From the NCBI GenBank assembly GCA_963750165.1, contig CAVVPN010000001.1:384001-448000 (forward strand): 64,000 bases of DNA, in the 5' to 3' direction. The stretch is from an uncultured Gemmataceae bacterium. GTDB taxonomy: Bacteria; Planctomycetota; Planctomycetia; Gemmatales; Gemmataceae. Below are positions 57,012-64,000 of this stretch, in pieces (position 1 is the first letter of the stretch; each line of letters begins with the position of its first letter). Under the pieces are notes generated by a model, which ran no database searches, was not told the origin of the DNA, and worked only from the letters and a program-made list of their open reading frames with translations. The position numbers and the translations under genes were made by a program.

Positions 57012-59744
57012 TCAGGGCCGAGACAGAATCGGGTAACGGGTCAGGACGCCCTTGGCGATGGCCTGGAGCAAGCGTTCGGTTTCCGCCAGCCCCGGATCGT
57101 TGATGCGGGTGCGAACCTGCTGGCTTGCTGCCAAGTGATTCACCGCCGTCGCAAGCAATTCGCGCACTTCGGTAGGTGGATGATCGTTGCAGAAATTAGC
57201 CCGGCCCAGCTGTTGGGCCGCGCAGAAGGCAAGTTTCGGCGAGCAGGAAGTGGCCGAGGCCGATTCCCCAGGCGTAGTCGCACGCAGGGTCGGCGGCGGC
57301 AATCAACGGTGGCTGTGACTTGGGAACAGTTTTCAGGGCCGTCCGTGCGTCGCGCTCGGCGGCGGCAGCGTCACCTTCCTCCAGCGCCACGGACGCGCGC
57401 AGCAACAGCAAGTCGATGTGGATGATCCCGAAGCCTCCCTCCCGGGCAAGCCGAAGTCCCTCGTCGGCGGCGTGCCGCGCTTCCCGCAGGCAACGGACTG
57501 TCTCGGGGCCGGCCGGCCCGTCAGCCTTTCGACGGGCGTCGGCGAGAGCGATGCTACCGCCCTCCCACGCCACCCAGCACAGTACCTCCCGGGCATCCCG
57601 CGCCACCGCCCACTCCTGGGCCTCGTGTTGCAATATGCGCGCAGTCGAGAACTCGCCGCGGACGCGGGCCAGGCCAGCAAGCAGCAGATTGCAGCGCGGC
57701 AGATAATGGTGCTGTTCGCCGAAAATATGCCGCAGGACCACCTTGTTCGCCTCGGTCAGTTGCGCCGCTTCTTGATCGCGGCCGAGTCGTGCCAGCAGCC
57801 AGGCATGGTGGACGCCGCGCAAACGGTACAGCGGTCGCTCCTGGTGTTCGTCAAGGTGTTGCCAACGCAGGGCCGTCGCAAAGTCGGCCAGCGCCGCGGA
57901 GGTCTCGCCACGCAATGCCCGCGCGTAGCCGCGGTAGGCATAACTGTCCTTGCGCTCGAAGGCGTAAGAAGCACGTTCGGCCAGGCGGACGGCTTCCTCG
58001 GCGGCGGCCAGGCCCTCCGTCAGCCGGCCTGCCGCGAGCAGCAGGTCCGTCAAGTTTTGATTACAAATCGACGCATTTTTCCAACTGCCCTCGGCCAATC
58101 GCATGGCGAGATTGCGCTTGTAGCAGCTTGCGGCGGCTTCGAGGCGGCCAACCTCCGAGAGGTAGAGCGCATAATCGTTGAGGAAGAAGCCGTGTTCGTG
58201 CGGCCGGAGTTGCTCCGGCAGCGGCGCTGCCTCCGCGGAACGGCCATCGACGAAAGCCCTGCAGATCCGTTCGCCCCGTTCGTAGGCTCCCAAACGGCGC
58301 CCCAGGTTCTCGTAGGCGCCGATCTGATACGAATACATCTCCCAGGCCGCGTCAGCGCAACCGGCCGCCAGCGTGTGGTAGACGATCTCTTCCAGCAGGT
58401 CCAGGGTATGAGCGTCCGAAGGATGCGTTCCTCGGCCAGGCAGTCCACCGAGCGATAGGATCAACCCCTCACGGGCGGCGTCGTGGCCAAGGCGGGCCGC
58501 TTCTTCATCCAGGTGTTTGAGAAAGCCATCGCGCACGGCCGGGTGAACCGTGTAGGTGGCGTCAACCACGCCGGAGAAGGCTGCGGGCCGAGCGACGGCG
58601 GAATCATGCGGCTGGTGTCGCGCGCGTGGCCCAAGCGCCGTCGCCTCCAACAACCGCATCCCCACCAGTTTGTCCATCCGCGCGCACACGTCGGGGAACG
58701 ACAGCGCTGCCAGTTCGGGACCGGAGAGTTTGTCCTTGCCCGGCCCGGTGAAGACCAATGTCAGGAGTTCAGCATCGACGCCCAGCCGGAAGAGGCAAAC
58801 CCGCTCCAGCAAAGCGAGGGCGGCGCGGTCCGTCCGCTCCAGCGCTTCGCAGTAGCGCTGGGCCACGCGCTCGAACCGGGCCGTTTGCTCGGCCACAGCG
58901 CGCAGCCGGTCGCCCGGAACAGCTGTCTCTTCGCCGCGCACTTCCGGCACAGCCCAGTCGCTGGTCACTCCAGTGTCGCCGGCCTCGAAGTGGGCAAGGT
59001 AGCCCCCGGCCAGATCCACCGTCAGGGCGTGGCGGCCGCAGTGGTGCGCCAGGCGTGCCAGTTCGGCGTCGGTCCCCTGGACACCGCGCTGCCGCAGCAG
59101 GGCAATGCAGGCCTCCTCGCTGATGTGCTCGACGGCGATCTCGCGGTAATTCAGGCCGGGACGATCGCGCAGGTCGTCGAGGGCGAAACGAGTCGTGAGC
59201 AGGACGGCGGCCTCTCCGAGCCTGCCCTCGGCGGCGCGAAGGATGAAGCTACGCAGTCTGCCGTCCGCAATGAGCCCGAACGGCGCTCCGCGTAACCCGT
59301 CCTCCTGCACTTTCTCCAGACCGTCGAGGACCAGCAGGCACGGACCGGCGTAGTCGAGCAGACGTACCACTTGCTCGTATGACGGTTGCGTCGTCTCGAC
59401 CCGGTTGACGCGGTCCGTTAGCCAAGCGGCCAGTTGGCTGAAGAAGCCGTCCGGCGTCGGCGCGTCGTAGAAGGAAAAGACGAAGAGCCGGCGCGGCCGC
59501 GGCAGGGTCTCCTGTTTGCGCACGCCGAGTTCCACGGGTAGCACCCCCGGCAACACGCGTAGGAAGCGCTCCACGACAGCGGTCTTGCCGGCGCCGCCGA
59601 TGCCGACGAGGGCACAGACCCCCTTGCCAATCTTCTGCCACCAATCGGCCAGGTGCGCAACTCGGGCCGATCCTGCCAGTCGCGGGCACGCAGCAGGGGG
59701 TGGGCGAAATGGAAGAGCTGTTTCTTCGGAGTTCGATCAGTCAT
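57012..59744 (-). CDS. STAND-like P-loop NTPase with TPR repeats (frameshifts near 59620 and 57300)
   Basis: Walker A GIGGAGKT (manual frame), Walker B LLVLDGLE, HALTVDLAG, VHPAVR, C-terminal helical repeats. Confidence 0.78.
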
Positions 59745-59789
59745 GGGACACCTTTTCAGGGAACGCCGCGAAGACCCCCTGACGGCTTG

Positions 59790-60916
59790 TCAGGGAAAGA
59801 GAGGTTTTTCAACGACCGCCTTGACCGCAGGCAATGGCGATGGGTCGCCCTGACAGATGAAGGCACCCCAGTAAAACGGCGCTGCAAACGGTCGGTGGTC
59901 GTCGGCTTTCGCCGCCAGTTCCTGAAGGCCACGACGGCTGTCCAAATTGCCAGAGGCGAGGCGTTCGATCTTGGCGGGGGTGAGCCACTCCTGTTTCAGT
60001 TGACCGATGGTGGCATCGCGGGTACATCGCTGCGCATCGCTGAGGGCGAGGTCGCGATCCATGCGACGGTTGAGCAGGTTGTCGTAGAAGCGGTCCATAA
60101 GGAAGGCGGTTGCCAGGTCGGGCACCTTCCACAGGCTCATCACCAGCGTCTTCGCTCCGGCGACGATGAAGGCTCGCCGCAGGCCGAAAACACCTTCCCC
60201 GGCATGGACCGCGCCCAGACCGGTGTCGCAGGCGGACAGCACGACCAACTCGGTGTCGAGCAAGTCGAGGCCGGAGACGTCCTCGGCGGTCAGCAGGCCG
60301 TCCTCGGCGTCCGGAGGCAGAGGATCACCCCTGAGGAAGGTGTTGGCTCCGGCCAGGGCCAGGCCGGAACGCAGCATCGGGTTTTCCATCCCCGGACCGG
60401 CGAGACGCCCGAAACCGCCGTCCTGTCCGCCGAGGAGTTCCAGGTTGCGGAAGTCGCGATTGGGGTCGCGCGTCTGATCCGGAAGGAAGAAACCGTGGGT
60501 GGCGAGATGCATGACACGCGGTGATCGATACGCCTTGAGCCGACCTTCCAAGGCGGCGCCAGCCAGCAGCGGTTCGACGCCGAGTCGTCGGGCAATCTGC
60601 TCGCCTTCAATGCGTGTTCCGGGGAGACGGTGGAAGTGGAACCGGTTGCTGCCCAGGTCGCGCGAGAGGCGACCGGCAGGGGCGCCGTTGGAACGACGAT
60701 CGGGGTGGGCCTGGCGACTGGTACCGTCTGGCGGCGACCAAACAGCCGGCTCCAGAACCCTCGCCGTGGTGCTGGTTCGGCACCCTGCGGATGTTCGGTT
60801 CGAGCGGACTCGGATTCCAAACGGAGGTCAAAATCCGGATCAGTGACGACCGATGGTTCAGCAGGTTGCCGTCCGGACGGGGATTGAAAGGGCAGCACGT
60901 CGTGGCCGACACTCAC
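59790..60916 (-). pseudogene. CHAT (caspase-like) domain, 5' truncated and frameshifted
   Basis: HLATHGFF, LVVLSACDTG, SLWKVPD and WGAFICQG; catalytic His and Cys present. Confidence 0.85.
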
Positions 60917-60929
60917 ATAGTGGATGTCC

Positions 60930-62533
60930 GCAAATTCAATCGGGCGGCTCGAAGCGCGTCCTCACTCGACTCCCCTCCACTAACCTCCGGTAGAACTCCA
61001 ACAGCAATCCCGCCGTGCCTCGTCCGGCTCCGGCCATAACGCCATCACCACTGCCCGCGCTCCCGCTAGCACGAAAGCCCGCGGCACGCCCACAGCAGTT
61101 ATTACCTCGGCAACTAACATCGTCACGTTACTCCGGCTGCCGCATATTGCGTCATCGGGTGCCTGAAGTAACTCATGATCCGTCCGGGGAGGCCGGTCAA
61201 GTGCTCCATGAATTCCTCCAGCTTGGTGCGCAACTCCTGCCGGTCCCTGGGCAACCCGCGCGCGTAGACGTTCCCCTTCAGGTCGTTGTTCAGGTACTCC
61301 ACCGGGTTCCGCTCCGGCGTCTTGACCGGCAGCGTGAACAACTCGATCTGCTCCTCATGCGCCCAGACCCAGTCCTGCACCGCCGCCGCCAGGTGCGCCG
61401 GCAGCGGGTCCACGATCAGGAACACCTTCCGCGCCGAAGCGGCCACCAACCGCTCCAGGAACCCCAGGAACAGCGCCGCGTTCATCATGGCCGTGTACAC
61501 CTGGAAGTGCAACTCCCCGTCGTTGGTCACGGTGGACAGCAGGTTGACCCGGGCCTTGTCCCCCGACACCGGCAACTCCGGCGTCTGCCCCACGCGCGCG
61601 TAGCCGCGCCCCGGGTGGTCGTTGCCGCTCAGGCCCGTCTCGTCCCCCCAGTGGATCTCCGCGCCCTCCCGGGCGGCCCGGGCCTCGATCTCCGGGTAGG
61701 TGCTGTCCAACCACTCGCGGACCTCGTCGGCGTCCTGGCCGCGGGCGTGCCGCCCGGGCCGCTTGCTGGTGTAGCCCCAGCGCCGCAGGTACTCCCCGAC
61801 CGTGCGCACTGGCACCCAGCGGCCGTACTCCCGCGCGATCAGGTCGCGGACGGCGCGGCGCGTCCAGAGCGGGGCGGCGATGTCGAGTTGCTCGGGGCTG
61901 TGGTGGTCGATCAGGTCTTGCAGGTGGCGGGCCTGGGCGTCGTCGAGCACCCGGCCCGAGCCCGTGGGTCGGCCGGTGCGGTCGCCGGGCAGGGCGTCCC
62001 GGCCGCCGGTGCGGTAGGCGCTCCACCAGCGGCAGACGGTCTCGCGGGCCACGCCGAGGGCGTCGGCGATGGTGGTTTGGGGCAGGCCCATGCTGCAGGC
62101 GCGGACAGCGCGCAGGCGGAACGCCTTCAGGGTCTCGTCGGACAGCTGGCGCGTGTTGGGGATGGAGATGGCCATGATGCTTGCTCCTCCCGCTGGCGCG
62201 GGAATGGCGAAAGTCACCCCCTGATAGTATTGTAGGCGACACCCGAGGTCTGGACCGCGAAGCTGGTGACAATGTTAGACGCCGGGGTAATACATCGACC
62301 CACCTCACCTCCACCTGCAGATCCGCCGACAGCACGACCACTTTCGTCTGTCTCAGGTCGAGCCCGATCACATCCCACGCCGTCAACCGGCCTTCCGCAG
62401 CGTCCCGGTTAGCGCCTGCCAGGGCGACCCTACCCCTCTCGGCGCCGGCTGAGCTGACTCTGACCTCCCGGTTTCCACTGTAATTGATCCGTCCCCGGTG
62501 CGTCTTTCCATCACAGTGGATGAAGAGCGTCAC
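60930..62533 (-). pseudogene. Third CHAT-like fragment split by IS630
   Basis: ALAGAN..LTAWDVIGLDL..VVLSAD before the [18 protein letters not shown] after it. Confidence 0.65.
61102..62290 (-). mobile_element. IS630-family element; transposase 61123..62175
   Basis: TIRs TTACCTCGGC / GCCGGGGTAA, TA duplication, WGDE, IVD and PERNPVE; homolog of the element at 50141. Confidence 0.93.
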
Positions 62534-62652
62534 TGCCCGAAACCTGTTATGCCCCGCGATTCAAGGAGTCCACATGACCACGAACATGCCACTGCTGAAC
62601 AGGTCCGAGTTTCTGGAGTGCCTGGGTCTCGATGGATCACCTCGAAGGGCCA

Positions 62653-63962
62653 TCACGCCGGCCGGGCGCTGACGTGGGGCACGGGGATCACCAGGATGCG
62701 CCGGTCCCTTTCTGGGGCCGGCCCTTTCTTCGCGACCAGAATTTCCATACCCCGCACCGGTGTCCTGCGCCCCGCGTCAGCGTCCTCCGAGACAAGCCCA
62801 ATCAGTTCCATCCAGTGGAGCCACTCCAACGGCGTTCGTCTCACATCCTGTGCGGACCAGTGAATCAGGAGGCGTTCGGTCCCTGCGGGGGGTGTCAGCC
62901 GGAAGACCAGGCCACAGCGCTGCCCTGCCCGGTACAGGTTTTCCGGTTCATTTGGCTTCGGCAAGCCGACCTGCACATTGCCGGAGGAATCAAGGACCAG
63001 CACCGTGAGGTAGCCATCGACGGAGGCCAGAGCTTCGACTTTCACCAAGTCACCCGTCGTCGCCGGCTCCGGCCGGCCTTCTTTCACGAGAGGACGGAAT
63101 GTCGTAGGTTCGTCGGCACGGGCGACCGCGATGGCGGCCTGCAATTTCACCGGCACTAGCATGTCCGAGTTACTGTTCAGCACGTGCTCCGTGAGCGCCT
63201 GCCAGCGCACCTCGCGGAGCTGGGTGAGGAAAGTGGGAAGGTCGGCACGTCGCTGGGGATCGGGCTCCAGGCCACTGGAGATGACCTGGCGCAGTTCTTC
63301 GGGAAGAGACGGCCAGTTGGCGTGCTCGGCCGGCGGGGCGTGTTCTCGGGGGCGTGTACCCGTCACCAGGTGCAGCAAAGTGGCGGCCAGCGAAAAGACA
63401 TCCGATTTGGGCGACGCACCGCCGTGGTAGACCTCCGGGGCGATGTAGCCCCTCGTTCCGGCGCCCGGCCTGCCTGATCCACGGCAATGGCGATGCCAAA
63501 ATCGGCGAGAACCGCCTCGTCGGTGTCCACGTTCAACAAGATGTTGTCGGGCTTGATGTCCCGGTGCAGCATGCCCTGAGCATGGACATCGAACAGGGCA
63601 TCGGCCACGCCGGCCGCATAGCGGGCGGCCTGGGCCCATGGCATGGGCCGCCCAGGAGATGTCAGTTTTGCCAGGCAGCCGCCCGAAAGATAGTCCATGA
63701 CCAGAAAGCAGTTCGTGACGCCATCCTTGAGATAGTGAACCTCCACACGGTTGCGGTGCCTGGGAAGCTGGGCTAACCTCTGCGCTTCCTCGATCAATCG
63801 CCGGACCTCGCGCTCGCTGAAGCTCACCTTGTGAAGAACCTTGATGGCACGGAACACCTTCATCTTCACATCCAGAGCCTTCCAGACCTGGCCAAAGGCG
63901 CCGCCGCCGAGGTTGTCGAGAAACTCGAAGCCGTCGAGTTTCGGTTTGTTCGCGAGAGTCAT
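62653..63962 (-). CDS. Ser/Thr kinase with C-terminal DUF4384-like domain (frameshift near 63480)
   Basis: GGGAFGQV, HRDIKPDN, DFG, GTRGYIAPE and SDVFSL; C-terminal GDLVKVE..DGYLTVLVLDSSG..PPAGTERL. Confidence 0.85.
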
Positions 63963-64000
63963 GTCATGTCTCCGGAATTATGGAAAGTGGCGAGGAGTCG

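Overview
High-GC window that looks like a planctomycete (Gemmataceae-like) chromosome, judging by DUF1559, DUF1549/DUF1553, TIGR03067-like and WD40 genes. Many single-base frameshifts, including one in hisB, suggest long-read indel errors. Core genes (hisC, hisB, an aminotransferase, an ornithine cyclodeaminase-family gene, a Ser/Thr kinase, purD) are interleaved with islands at three tRNA genes (Gly-CCC, Ser-CGA, Asp-GTC). These regions carry tyrosine integrases, IS630/IS701/ISKra4-like elements, MITEs and REP-like palindromes, a putative cold-adaptation cluster, a dynamin-like GTPase and a decayed CHAT/NTPase-TPR/kinase cluster. The standout feature is at 13790-14310: two abutting retron-type non-coding units (msr-msd). 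Each has its own a1/a2 closing inverted repeat, a TAGC branch-G motif directly after that stem, two short msr hairpins and a conserved msd scaffold. Their central 30-bp stems have the same length but largely different sequences. No reverse transcriptase is visible in the window, so this looks like an orphan multi-ncRNA retron array encoding two different msDNAs.
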